Part shown: piece after piece, positions 11,219-25,174 of the stretch | Layout of the letters: each line of letters begins with the position of its first letter | How positions within the stretch are numbered: the first letter of the stretch is position 1 | Origin: Cyanophora paradoxa CCMP329 | Taxonomy: Eukaryota; Plantae; Glaucophyta | NCBI GenBank assembly: GCA_004431415.1 | Contig: QPMI01000259.1 | Location: forward strand, 20,021-84,020 | DNA length: 64,000 nt | Direction: 5' to 3' | Position numbers and translations under genes: made by a program | The notes under the pieces: model-generated | The model's input: only the letters and a program-made list of their open reading frames with translations | What the model was told of the DNA's origin: nothing | Databases searched by the model: none

Positions 11219-11390
11219 GACCAAGGCGACGATCAGTCTGATTATAATTAGCCGTAGAGCTATAACTTTATATAGAATATATAGCGCTCACTTGCATGCG
11301 CAATTGCAATCTCTCACACAGCTGCAGATAGCGCGGGATGCACATATTTAGCCGGGCGTTGACCATGGTGCCAGCAGCGGCATGTCGTGT

Positions 11391-12064
11391 TCAACCAGCA
11401 GCTTGCTCTGCAGCTGCTCGAAGCTCAGCTCGTTCTTCTGCTGCAAGCTTTTTCAAAGAGTCCAGCTCGTCCTTCCTGCGCTGCCTCTCCTGTTCCATCT
11501 TGCCTGCTTACAATGCACGCAGGAGCATGGGTAAATACACTGCAGCCTGCAACTAACCATGGAACTAGACGACGCACGGTGCTTTCTCCGGATAGCAGTC
11601 ATCGCGAAGCGCCTTGCCCACTCGTCACTAAGCTCGATCTGGACGGGGGCATCGTCCGTATCTCTTTCGACGCCGTCGTCTGCGACCTCCGCGGTGCTGC
11701 CGAAGGCGGCCGGAGCTGAGGTCTCTCCGTTATATGGGAAGCTGGACGCTGGATGCGGGCATGCCGGCGGCTGCCAGAACACAGGCCCATGCCAGACCGA
11801 CGGAGGAGGGGGCGGCGCTGCCGGCATATGGACCTCCGCAGGGGCGAACGGCGCGTGCCATCCGAAAGGCGGGCGGGCACCAAAGGAAGGATGGCCCGCA
11901 AAGGGAGGCGACTGCGGGTGTGCAGGAGCGCCGTCGTGGAAGTCGTGCACAAACGGCGCGAGGTCGGGCGGCGGGCGGAGGCCTGGCAGCGGGAACGGTG
12001 GCAGGATGGCGCCCGGGCCGCCGAACGAGTGCGGAAAGGCGAGACTGATCCCAGTCGAGTTCAT
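11391..12064 (-). CDS. Proline-rich protein with C-terminal coiled coil (2 exons)
   Basis: MNSTGISLAFP...IELSDEWARRFAMTAIRRKH|RKMEQERQRRKDELDSLKK...AAG*; GT-AG intron restores frame. Confidence 0.65.
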
Positions 12065-12202
12065 GGACAGGAGCGGGGCGCCGCGGACGCGTACACGCCG
12101 ACGCCGCCGGGCGCTACTCCTGAACCGAACCTTGCGTACGTATCCCGCCCCCTCCAGTCCTTGCCCGCCGCACTGGACACTGGACCCTCACCTGGAGGAC
12201 AA

Positions 12203-12270
12203 GTGCTGGACCACTGCTGGACCACTGCTGGACCACTAGTGCTGGACCACTGCTGGACCAGCTGGACCTG
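12203..12270 (+). repeat. 11-bp tandem repeat (TGCTGGACCAC) x~5 in a divergent promoter
   Basis: Direct inspection. Confidence 0.9.
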
Positions 12271-12321
12271 AGCTGGTTTGTGGAGGGGTATACACGCGGC
12301 CGAGCGATCCGTCAACATCGC

Positions 12322-15300
12322 ATGCAAGCAGCTTGGATGCAGGATAGCTGGCTGGTAGAGCTGCGACGCGAGCCCTCGCGGCTTCGCGGAGCTGGCTTCG
12401 CGTCCCCGGCCCCCCTAGCCTTCGAGAGGGCCCAGCGAGCTCAAGCCGGTTGCGCACACCAACAGAGCAGACGAGGAGGTGCGTGCACGGAGCGCGCGCG
12501 CGCGGCTGCAGTTGAACGGCCCGCAGCTCCGCACCCAGCGATCCGCTCGCTTCGGCGTCCGACGAAAAGCAGGATCAGCTGGTCGTGCAGCATTTCCTCC
12601 GCCCCGCTGCCCTCGTTTGGTGCGCTCCACACCTGTCTCGCAACCTTAGAAGCGCAGCAGCAGTGCGATCTGACACCTCGCGTGCGCAGTGGCGACCGGC
12701 CGTCACTGGCTCGCTGCGCGGCGGGAGGAGGCATTGGTCGTCTCCGCGATCGGCCAGTACGGAGGCCCTGCAGCTCCAAACGTGCAGCAGGACGACGAGG
12801 ATGGGATCGCGCTCGAAGACGAAGACGAGCAGATCGACGACAGTGAAGGCGTGCCTCGCGGCACGCAGTGGGTTGCCGCTAGGGCGAGCGGAGATCGTAC
12901 GCTGGAACGGATCATGGAGACCGGCAAGCGCGGTGACGTGGCGGGTGCGGGGCGGCCCGGAATCAGTCGTACGCGCCGTAACCACGTCTGCCGCAGGCAT
13001 CATACAAGCCGTTGAGGAGCACCGGGGGTTCCTTACCGATGTGCACATTTCGGCGGCCATGCATGTGCTGGGGAAGTTTGTCCAGCCGCACCAGCGCTCG
13101 CGCACGCCCCTGATGGAGAAAGGGTTGGATTTTCTTGCCGACAAGTTCATTCACTTCACCTCGACCTTTCGCTGTGCGCCAGCCCGCGTAAGTTTATGGT
13201 GACAGCTGACCTTGCGAGCGGTTGCAGATCGACAGCTCGCAACGTTCATCTACGGCGTACGTACAGAACCCCGACCCCTTCCCGCGTGATCCGCGCACAT
13301 ACGCGTGGCAGTGTGCGCTGGCAGGCTACCAGAACCGCGCTGTGCTGGATCTGGCGGCCGCACGGGCTATCGCCTCGATCCACCTTTTCCCTCCCCAGAA
13401 CGTCTCTATGCTCATGTGGGGCTGTGCAAAGTTGAACTACAGGTACGCGGTGTCGGCCCCGCTAGAGCGCCAACACCGACAGCGGGCGGAGCGCAGGAAC
13501 GCGGAGCTTCTGCGGGCTGTGGCATCTGAAGTGAGGACGCGTGTCGCGAAAGACTTCACCCCACAGGTTCGCCTCCGCTCTCCCGTGCCGGACCACGCTG
13601 GCTCAGGCCACCCGACAGGGACTCGCCAACACAGCCTTCGGCTTTTCGAAGCTGCGACACGCGGACGCCGAGATGTGGCAGGCCCTCGCCGCCCGCACAG
13701 TGCGCGCAGGCGGCGGTCAGCCTTGTGCGGGGCACGACAGACGCCGGGTGCAGATCGAGATGAGCAAGCAGTTGAATGGGCAGGAATTGAGCATGCTCGC
13801 CTTCGCGTTTTCAGCCATGCAGGCGCGCCGTCCCACGCCCTCTCAAACCCAGCTGCGGGACGAGCAGGAGCGACAGATGCGGGACGAGACGCTCTTCGAG
13901 GCGATTGCGGTCGCCGGTCGGAAAATGCTCCACGACTCCCTCACCGGATTTCAAATGGCAGTCCTTTCCCGCGCCTTCGGCGAACTCGGTGCAGAATATT
14001 TCCATCGTGGCATATGCTGGCGCAGTCCGAGCCCTGCACAGGGCTGCGCAATGAACCTCTGTTCGCAACGATGGCGTCACTAGCCCCCGCGCGCATCGGG
14101 GAGCTCAGCTCGGACGGCCTCGCGCAGCTTGCCCGCGGCTACGGCCTCGTCGGCATCCGACCTCGCAACCTCTTCAAGGTAGGCGGGCCCTGAATTGCAT
14201 AGCGCCGCTAACTCCAACGACAGCTGATCTCCGATCGAGCTCTGGAGGTCCTTCCGCATGCCACGCCCGAGGAGATCTGCCATCTCGCCCAGGCTTTTTC
14301 CCAGGTGCCTTTCTGTCTCGCGTATTGAGTGCCTCGCGGTTCCTGAGCAAGGCATTTAACACGCATCATTCGCCCTCAGGTCCACGTGAAGGTGCAGTCC
14401 GCTACTCTGCTCAAACAGGCGTTACCCATTCCGCGCCGCGGCGACAGGACGAGGCGCTGTACAGGGCGATCACGGAAACGGTAGTTGGTCGTCAACTGCA
14501 AGGCTTCACGGCGCGGCAGGTTGCGGACCTCGCCATGTCCTTCGGCCGTGCCGCCATCCCGGATCGTCGGCTTTTCCGTGCAATCGCGTCCTGGACCATC
14601 GACAACATCTCCCGTCTTTCGGAGGACGACATCGCTACCGTGTGTCTGCCCCCTTCCATTCTCATCGTCGCCTTATCCGCTCCCGGCAGATTATACGTGG
14701 TTTCAGCGCGACCTCCGTACGAGACGACGCTCTTCTGCGTGCTGTCGCTGAAAACTGCCTCGGCGAACGTGGATTTGATCGTTTTCAGGTGTGCCCCGTC
14801 ATTCACGAGGTACCTTGCGGCCGCTTAGCCTGTGCAGGCCGACACACTAGCCGACTTGTTATGGGCATTTGCCAACGCGGGCGTGCGGGATGAATCGATT
14901 TTCCGCGCAGCTGCTGCTTCCATGATGCCCAAGGTCGGATTTGTGTCTGCCCATTCGAAAGACATCTCACTTGTTGGAGCAGGTTCCACAGCTGAGCATA
15001 TCGGGCCTTTGCGACACATTTACGGGTGTGTGGCTTGGATTCGCCATGATCTAGGAGATAACGTGGCACTGCAGCGTTCGCATCGATGACGGCGGGCTTG
15101 CACACGGATGAAGAAGCCTGGGCCCTTGCACTCTATGCTGCTCTCACTGAACAGCTCCTCACTCCGGGGCCCCGCGGCACCCTCAGGGTATGTACCCCCC
15201 ATCCCTTACTCTGACACCTTCCCCCTCCTTGTTCCCACTTCAACTTCGAGATTTCTTACTGATCGAGGGGGGCGCAGGTGGAACAGCTGACACACAGGCA

Positions 15301-17100
15301 GGCAGCGACACTAGTTTCCTCCTGCCGCCAGGCCATGTACGATGACCCAAGACTTCTTCAGGTAGCCGCCCCCCCCCCCCCTCCCCCCCCCCCCCCCCCC
15401 CCCCCCCGCGCACTCCAGCCCCTCCCGTCGCCAAACTGCAATCGCCTTTCTGCAGGCACTTCTCCGTTTTGCACTTCGCACTGTTCGGGATCTTCAGGTT
15501 GGAGATCGTCTGCTTTCAAGGTCCCCCGCATTCCGCTCATTCATATGCAGGCCTCGTATCTTGCGCAATTTGTCCTCGCATTTGCATCGCTGCAAATCGA
15601 CTGTGCGGCGCTTCTCGCCCACATCCCTCAGGCAAGCTCCCATAGCGTAAGCCAAACCTTGCAAAACCTCTCACAAGCACCCCAGGGCATCAAATTTTTC
15701 CGCTCTATGCACGACTTTTCCAATCTGGTTCGTGCTCATTTTTGCTCATTCGCTTTTTTTGCATATACTTATGACAGTGCAAAGGTGTACGGTCTAGTAA
15801 GCGTTGGTCGGACAGACCTTTTGCAATATGTCATCCCGAATCTTGAGGATACGTCGAGGCGATTTGGAGGCATTCCACAGTGTTTGTGTCCCCTCCTTCT
15901 ACACTCTTACAGTCCGTCCTTGCAGGCATGACTCAGGAGGAGTGCTCTCAACTAAACCTTGTATTCCTTGCCATTCGGACGGAAGCTCCAGAGCTTCTCA
16001 GTTTGGTACCCGATCAACTGCGTGGCCGCATCGAGCGCGAGCACCGTCACAAGCTACGGTCCCTCGTTAGTCCCTTGCCCCGCAACCTGCAATCATTTGG
16101 GGTATGTAATGCTTCTCACGGCAGGAGCACATGCCTCGCCCTTCAGCTCTCCATCGTGCTGTCTCTTGGATTCTTCATAATGTGAGTAAACTTGTTGCAT
16201 GCATTCTCTGTTTTACGTTAATGTTGACTGCAGGAAATGGGCGCCGCCTTCGAAGAAGAGTACCTGGTTGCGGGCAAGTGTCATTTGCCCTGATGTGATT
16301 GCATCATGTTCTTGCTGATCTCTGTGAAGGGGCGTACCACGTGGATATTGCTTTTCCTGAGGAGCGGATCGCCCTGGAGGTCACATGTGCATGAACGCTT
16401 CCATTTTCAAACCTCACGCCCATGCAGGTAGACGGCCCTGCACACCATCTGAAGGCACTTGTTCAAGAGCCAGGCCGCCCAGGGGCTAGTGATGTGCCTC
16501 CATCAACCCAGATCGCAGGTGTCGCAACGCTTTGATGGATCAACCGTTCTCAAACAGCGTCTCCTTCGCAACTTGGGCTGGAAGGTGCAGGATTCGTTCA
16601 CTCTATGGCTCACATTGAACATGCAACGAAGAGCTGCAGGTCGTGCATGTGTCTTATGTGGAATGGCTTCGGCTAGAGTCTAATGAAGAGAAACGTGTTC
16701 ATTTGGAGGGAATCCTCCGGTTCGGCTACATTTGCTGTGCTCTGGTCTTGCATATCTGGTCTAAATTTTAACGTGCCAGGCCGGTTCTCTATGAGGATGA
16801 GAGTGCCCGTCCCACCGAGGAGGTTCTTTCCTTTGGATACTGCAACTCAATCTGCCTTGAATATTCCTGCAGGCATACCGTGCCAAGCCATCCCAGATCC
16901 GAGCACGTTCCACGCACAGGTCCGTGCCGCTGTCACTGCCGATCTGGAATCGGCGTTTGACACAAGCCAGGCCGTCGGAGCTGCGATCATGCCCCTTCTG
17001 TGGCAACCTCTTCCACCAAAGAGGCTTAGGGGCCCACCAGCGGTGGTGCAAGGTGCGATCGTCAAGATCGGACGACACTACCACGACGTCGATGTCGTGA
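12322..17100 (+). CDS. Helical-repeat (OPR/FAST-like) RAP-domain protein, probably organellar RNA-binding (many exons; ends uncertain)
   Basis: Repeats such as FPPQNVSMLMWGCAKL, FTPQ|GLANTAFGFSKL, LNGQELSMLAFAF; C-terminal YHVDIAFPEERIALE|VDGPAHH..GSTVLKQRLLRNLGWK|VVHVSYVEW is a RAP domain. Confidence 0.8.
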
Positions 17101-17352
17101 ACGATATGCACCGAGGCCACATACAATGACGTGTCGTTTTAATGAATATGCACGTGTCCCACGGTTTCCCATCGTGCGTACAGGTGCACATCTAAAACGA
17201 CTGCTGCACACGCCCCAGTGATCGCAAGTCCCCCCCACTTGAAATTGCCCGGTCTGAAGGATGGTGGGTTACGACCCAGAAAGGGAAGCTAACTGCCACC
17301 TCGGGAGGGCGTGTAGCGAGTCGGGGGCACGGACAACGCAGGGCAAAACAGC

Positions 17353-18180
17353 TTAGCGCTTGCCAGGAACCGGCTTGCTCTTGGCGGGCTTGGGCTGCTT
17401 GATCTTAGGCTGGTCCTTCTTGCCAGCCGCCGCGGTAGTAGTGGTCTTCGCGGCCTTCTTCGCGGCCTGCTTCTGCTTGTTGCGCTCCTTGACCTCGCTA
17501 AGCACAGATGACATGAGCAAAGGGTGAAGCCGCCAAAACTGAATGGCGCACCGGAGGGCAGCCTCGCGGGCGGCAGCGCGCTGCTCGGGCTTCTGGCCCC
17601 GCTTCTGCTTGATCACATCCAGAGAGGCACCGACGATGGCGCGCTGGACCTTCGTGGTACGGACGCGGCGCTTCTTCTGCACCTCCTCCTGGTGGCCCTT
17701 CTTGTGCAGGCGGCGGTAGAGCTGGGTCCAGTTGAGCTTGCGGGGGTTGCGCTTCATCTGGAACGACGCCTCGCACTTCGAGCTCACGAACATGAAGGAC
17801 TGAGACGTCGCGGTTAGCCAGCGCAGCAGCCATTGCCGCAATTGCTTCCCGGGCAGATAAAGGACCCCCAGCCATGTAAGCGCACCCGGTTGTCCGCGCG
17901 GACGAACTTCATGCCATGGCCTGCTAGCGAGTTCAGGCGCGCCAGAGAAAGAGGTGCGACACACGCACCCGGGTAGATCTTGTACCCGCTGAAGTAGCAG
18001 GTCTCTGTCCTGGTGCGCGAGAAGGATCAGCACAGCATTCGCGGACCGAAACTGCACTGCGATCCCGGAAGCCCCGTGCGTAGCCATAGAGCGGGGCAGC
18101 ATCTCTGAAACAGAGATGTGCACAGCACAAAGAGAGCAGGCGGCCCAGTGAGCTGGGCGATAGACGCACTTGATCACCAT
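17353..18180 (-). CDS. RPL24: 60S ribosomal protein eL24
   Basis: MVIK|[14 protein letters not shown]|[50 protein letters not shown]. Confidence 0.95.
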   Translation of the reverse strand: MVIKCVYRPAHWAACSLCAVHISVSEMLPRSMATHGASGIAVQFRSANAVLILLAHQDRDLLLQRVQDLPGCVCRTSFSGAPELASRPWHEVRPRGQPGALTWLGVLYLPGKQLRQWLLRWLTATSQSFMFVSSKCEASFQMKRNPRKLNWTQLYRRLHKKGHQEEVQKKRRVRTTKVQRAIVGASLDVIKQKRGQKPEQRAAAREAALRCAIQFWRLHPLLMSSVLSEVKERNKQKQAAKKAAKTTTTAAAGKKDQPKIKQPKPAKSKPVPGKR

Positions 18181-18496
18181 CTTGGCGTGCCCTGCGCGAG
18201 TCGCGCGGCGTCAGATCAACGCGATCTTACAATCGCTTCAATGCGGAGGCGACCCCGGCAGGCGCTCTTCCCGCGAGCAGCTCCAGCTGCTGGCGCACCT
18301 TTCCCTCCCTTGTGCGTACCCCACCAACCTCGACGCCACTATACCCCCCGGGCCTTCGGCGCTGCTCCGCCCGCGTTCGCGCCGCCAGCAGCACCAGCAG
18401 CAGCAGCAGTAGCTAGCACAGCAGCAGTGTAGCTCGTCTCCTAAGCTCGAATCCCCCTTCAAGCGCGGACCCGCAGGCTGGCGGTGAAAACAAGAC

Positions 18497-19216
18497 ATGC
18501 GGTGCGCTGGCCAGCGCGCGCTCTTTTTTTAGTCTTTGGGCTTGTTGATGCGATAAGCGGGGGCTCCCGATCGCGCTCCGGCTGCGCGCTGCCTGGTTGC
18601 GCGACTCTGATCCTGAGTGCATGCAGGATTGAGAGATGTTATTTCTGCTCGGGCCCGGTGTATCCTGGGCACGGGAGCTGCTTCGTACGCAATGATAGCA
18701 AAGTACGCGTCTTTTTGCCTCTACGCTCGCGATCGTTGTCTGAGAGCCGCGCCGCTCGTAGATGTTCCGCTTCTGCAGATCAAAGTGCAGGAAGAACTTC
18801 GAAATGAAACGCAATCCAAGGAAGGTGGCTTGGACGAAGGCGTTTAGGAAAGCGAACGGCAAGGAGATGGCCACCGACACGACGTTTGATTTCGAGAAGC
18901 GGCGCAACAGGCTTCCGAAGTATGACCGGGAGCTCATGATCAACACAATTCGGGCCATGAAGCGCGTGTCCGAGGTCAAGGAAAAACGCGAGAAGATCTA
19001 CTACGCGAACCGGTGCATTAGCTTATGCCCCTGTCCCACTTCGTCTGACGAGGAGCCTTTTCCAGCATGAAAGCAACGAAATCGAAAGAGAAGAAAGAGG
19101 CGAGGCAGGAGCTCGAGCAAGGGTTGGATCTCATCGCCCTCCCCACCAAACGGAAGCAGAAGATTGGCAAGAAGGCTCCCGAGGAGGCTGCGGCTATGGC
19201 ATTGGAAGACGATTAA
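18497..19216 (+). CDS. RLP24: Ribosome biogenesis protein Rlp24 / RSL24D1
   Basis: MR|[25 protein letters not shown]|[58 protein letters not shown]. Confidence 0.95.
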
Positions 19217-19599
19217 TTCCTGGCAAGCTCTCGACTGCCGACTCCTGCTCCAGCTGCAGTATTTTTCTCGTAGATTGTCACCCATATTCAACCTAAATCA
19301 CCTATGTGTTTCAACTTCTCTAAGCTGCTATACCAAGCATCCATTACTACAGCCTCAGGATTGATACCTCTATGTTGAGCCTATGCGCATTTGCTCTTTC
19401 TAAGCTACGGGCGCGGCCGGACCTCCTACCTCAGCGCTTTAACTGTACCCGTGCTGTTTGGGTGAGAGCGTAACCCGCAGGGACTGGTGCTCTGATGGAA
19501 AAAAGGGAATCGGAGCCGAGCCTAGCTACGAGCCGAGCAGGCGCTTCGCGTCCACGCCTGTGCCGTAGCGGATGAAGATGCTCCTGCGAGAATTCGAAA

Positions 19600-19852
19600 A
19601 TTGGACGAAAGTTGGACGAAAGTTGGACGAAAGTTGCACGAAAGTTGGCGAAAGTTGGACGAAAGTTGGACGAAAGCTGGACGAAAGTTGGCGAAAGTTG
19701 GACGAAAGTTGGACGAAAGTTGGACGTCGTAATCGCAACGTTAACTTGGTAACTCTGATTCCGATCGTAATCGCAACTCTGATTCCGATCGTAATCGCAA
19801 CTCTGATTCCGATCGTAATCGCAACTCTGATTCCGATCGTAATCGCAACCGA
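19600..19852 (+). repeat. Compound minisatellite: (TTGGACGAAAG) x~11 then (TCGTAATCGCAACTCTGATTCCGA) x~4
   Basis: Direct inspection; reverse complement carries TTGCGATTACGA as in 403-750 and 4952-5088. Confidence 0.95.
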
Positions 19853-19983
19853 TCGGGAACACGATAAACAACCAGAAACGGAGAAGTCAACTTTACTTAA
19901 TACGCGTACGGTGAAGGTACTTTCCAATATTCTGCTTTCCAAATAACTAGTAGGTTAGCGTCTATTTGGAGCTTCACTGATGC

Positions 19984-20350
19984 GCATTTGGACACATACT
20001 ACAACGCAGGTCCTGGCTACAAGTGTGGGCCGGGATGTACACGGCGGCCGCCGCGGCCGCGGGCCCAGCGCACCAGCGAGCTGGCCGGCCGGGCCCGGCC
20101 CTGCGTGGCCCCCTAAGGAGAGTAATGCGCCTCCCCGCGGACACTCTAGCTAGCTAGAGCTACAGGCTCCCACATGCACGGCGTGGTGCTGCATGCGCAT
20201 CGCGTCTTGTGGCGGCGGGGGTCGTCTCGGGGCGGTGGCGGGAGCCCCTACGGGCCCTGGGGGGGCCCGACATGGTGGGCGCCGGGGGGCGCGAAAAGGG
20301 GTCAGATCGAAGTCGAAAGGTCTGGAGATCGAAATCAAAGCAAACGTTAA
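19984..20350 (-). mobile_element. Dispersed repeat family, copy E
   Basis: Reverse complement of 5088-5367 incl. GGGCCCGTAGGGGCTCCCGCCACCGCCC and terminal GTCCAAATGC. Confidence 0.85.
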
Positions 20351-20896
20351 CCGACCCCGATGAGGGGGAAGACGACGGGAAGACGCCAAAGCACCTTGAG
20401 ATGCTGCACGGAATGTGACCGCGATACGTACCAGTCTTGACCTGCTTTATACTTGGTTCATAATGCAACGAGGAGGGGGGGGGGGGGGGGGGGGGGGGTG
20501 GAGACAGAGAGAGAGATGCGCTGTTATAATATTATTTATGAACCAGATCGATCAGACCAGACCAGATCGACCGGTCATTGCTATGCACGCATGCGCATTA
20601 CGATTACGATTTTCCGGCTTGTGCTGTGCGGGGCACAAGGTCCAAGGCCGCACCCTATAGAGGGGGCGGCCCCACAATGCTGTGCTTTGCGCAAGCAGAA
20701 GTACTTGCGGTTCTACAATATACGAAGAGGCTGCCAAAGGGGGCACAAAATCTCCACAGGTTTAGAGAGAAGAGGGTATGGAATGGGATGGACGTAGAGA
20801 TGGAGGACGAGGATCAGGGCGGGGGGGGGGGCCAGGTGCAGTAGCAGAGGGCTACCCTTCCAACCGGGAAAAAAAGGTTGGCAATCAGGGGCATAG

Positions 20897-23044
<2,148 letters not shown>

Positions 23045-23290
23045 GTTGACCGTCGGAGCAGCAAGGAGGTTGCGAGAAACCGCCCCGCCCGGGCCGACGA
23101 GCCACAACGAGCGATCGACGCAGCCGAAGCGCCTCGCCGCGGTTGCACTGCCCACCCGTACCCAACTGTCTTGGGTACAGCACCAAACTAGGCTACAGAA
23201 TGAGATCGATCGAGGATTCTAAGAACGCCGGGCGCGCAGAGGCGCTCCGCTGCTCCGAATATCGTCACACTGTTGCGGCTGGGTGGACTC

Positions 23291-24306
23291 GTGCGCCGCC
23301 CGCGCCCGCCTCCCGCCGACCACGCGGCGAGCCCCCGCGCAGCACGTCGAAGAAGCCGAGAGCGCTGCCAGCACCGCCGAGGTCTGCTCGCCGCGTCACC
23401 CGCCGCCCGCTCCGAGCCGACGAGGCGATGCAGGAGCGGCTCGCGGGGGCCCTTGCGGAGCTCGCTGAGGCGGAGGCGCGGGCGCGGGAGGCCGCGGCGG
23501 GCCGCACACAGGCGGAGGAGGCGCGAGAAGCGGCCGATGGGCGCGCTGTGGCGTGCGCGGCGGAGGCAGCGGTGCTGAGGGAGGCGGCCAAGAGCGGCGA
23601 GGGCCGCGTGGCGGAGCTCGAGGAGCGGCTGACGGCGGCGGCGCTGGCGGCGCGCGCGATCCGCCTCATGGCGCTCTCCTTCGAGAACGACGCGGTCCGC
23701 GCCGGCCCGGCCCGCCGCCGCTGCCCGCCGGCCCTCTGACGCCCAGCCCCTTACGCGCCGCAGGCTGGCAAGGCGAAGGACGGGCCGAGCAGCTCTGGCG
23801 ACGGAGGCGATGCGGCCCAGGGCGTAGGGAGCAGTCCGGGGCCAGCGGGCGACCGGCACGATGCCGGCGGCGGCGCGGAGGGGGGCGACGAGGGGAGGGG
23901 GGTGCGCAGGACGGCTCGCTGATGAGCTTCGACCCGAGCAAATACGGCATGGCGCCCAACGGGGGCGACGGCGGCGAAAGCGCCAAGGAGCAGGGGCCCG
24001 AGGAGTCGGGGGATGGGGACGGGGCGGTGGCGGGCGGGGCGGAGCTGGAGGCGGCTGTGGAGGCGGCGCTGGCGGCGGCGATGGCGTCACTGCGGGAAGA
24101 GGCGGAAGCAGCCACCGAGCTCGAGTCCCTGGTGCGCGCCCCAGCCCGCCCCGCCCCTGCCTGCCCCTCCCAGCTCCCGATGCCCGCCCCGGCAGGCCCA
24201 CGCGCACATGCCGGACGAGCTCGACTGGGCGGCCGAGGAGATGGGGGCCTGCGCGGAGGCAGCGTGGGATGCCGCCCTCGCCGCCGAGGCCTTCGGCGCG
24301 GCCTGA
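23291..24306 (+). pseudogene. 5'-truncated duplicate of the 3' half of the gene at 25175-27696
   Basis: Near-identical to 26681-27696; begins at an intron donor; the upstream ATG frame (MRSIED..., ~23200) is out of phase with the next exon. Confidence 0.6.
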
Positions 24307-25174
24307 CCGTTGCCCCGCCCAGCCGAAACTCCCACCCGCCCCCCTTTCTCACCCCGCTGCTCAGTTTGACTCTTCGAGGCTTTATTCACCAGTGAATCCT
24401 GGCCTTCGAAACTGTTGCCTGCCGCAGCACGCGTGCCTTCATTGGGGACTCGGGCCGGGGCGCGTCAGAGACCCGCCTACCTTTTGGCAACTTTGCATTG
24501 CAGCTTGCGTCGACTCCGTGACCTTAAGGGATTCGAAGCGGCCAGCTGCGCTGCCTGTGCATGCAACGTTCGCCGCGTCCGCGAGTACTAAAGCTAATAT
24601 AATTAATATTGAAATTAAATTGCGCTCTCGCCGAGCGGACGCGGCTGCATGCCGCAGTGCGCATATGCATGCTGCGCATGCACTACTACCGTAGTACGGT
24701 ACTCGAGCTCAATGTGATCATGCATGACCAGTGCGCATGTGCATGCGCACTGCCAGACTGCGCATGCGCGGCATCGATCTCATCGACAACTGCGGCAAGC
24801 TTTAAGCCTTGCAAGGAGCCAAGCCGGCAGCGGCCCGCCACCGGTGTCAGGCTTGGAGCTCGCGGCTTGGTGGCATGAAACCGCCTCTACCCCAGCCGAG
24901 CGCCTGGGAGCCTCCCAGCTCTTCATCTGCTGCAGCAGCCGTCGCCGTCGAGAGATAGCCACGCGTCAACAGCATCGTTCATCAAAGTCGGACGCAGCAG
25001 GCGTCGTCCGCACGTCGGGCGGTTCCGCGCGCCCGTGGCAGGGCGCTCCTGGCAGTGGGGCGCGCGCGCTGGGAGTCATCTTGTCCCGCCGCTTCATCGT
25101 CAGTCGTTCAGCGGCTGCTTAGGCTAGTCTCGTTGCGCCGAGATTGAGCGCGTGCAGGATCCAGCAATCCGGCA

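Noticed and set aside
15368-15407. Poly-Pro coding tract
   Set aside because: Poly-C run lies inside an intron of the RAP gene; homopolymer lengths are unreliable
18010-18168. snoRNA in the unusually long first intron of RPL24
   Set aside because: A hairpin and CTGA are present but no convincing C box or H/ACA pair
19600-19852. CRISPR-like array
   Set aside because: Repeats are head-to-tail with no unique spacers; eukaryotic context, no cas genes
19431-19946. Repetitive ORFs (CDYDRNQS, VAITIGIR, KLDESWTKVG)
   Set aside because: Translations of the minisatellites
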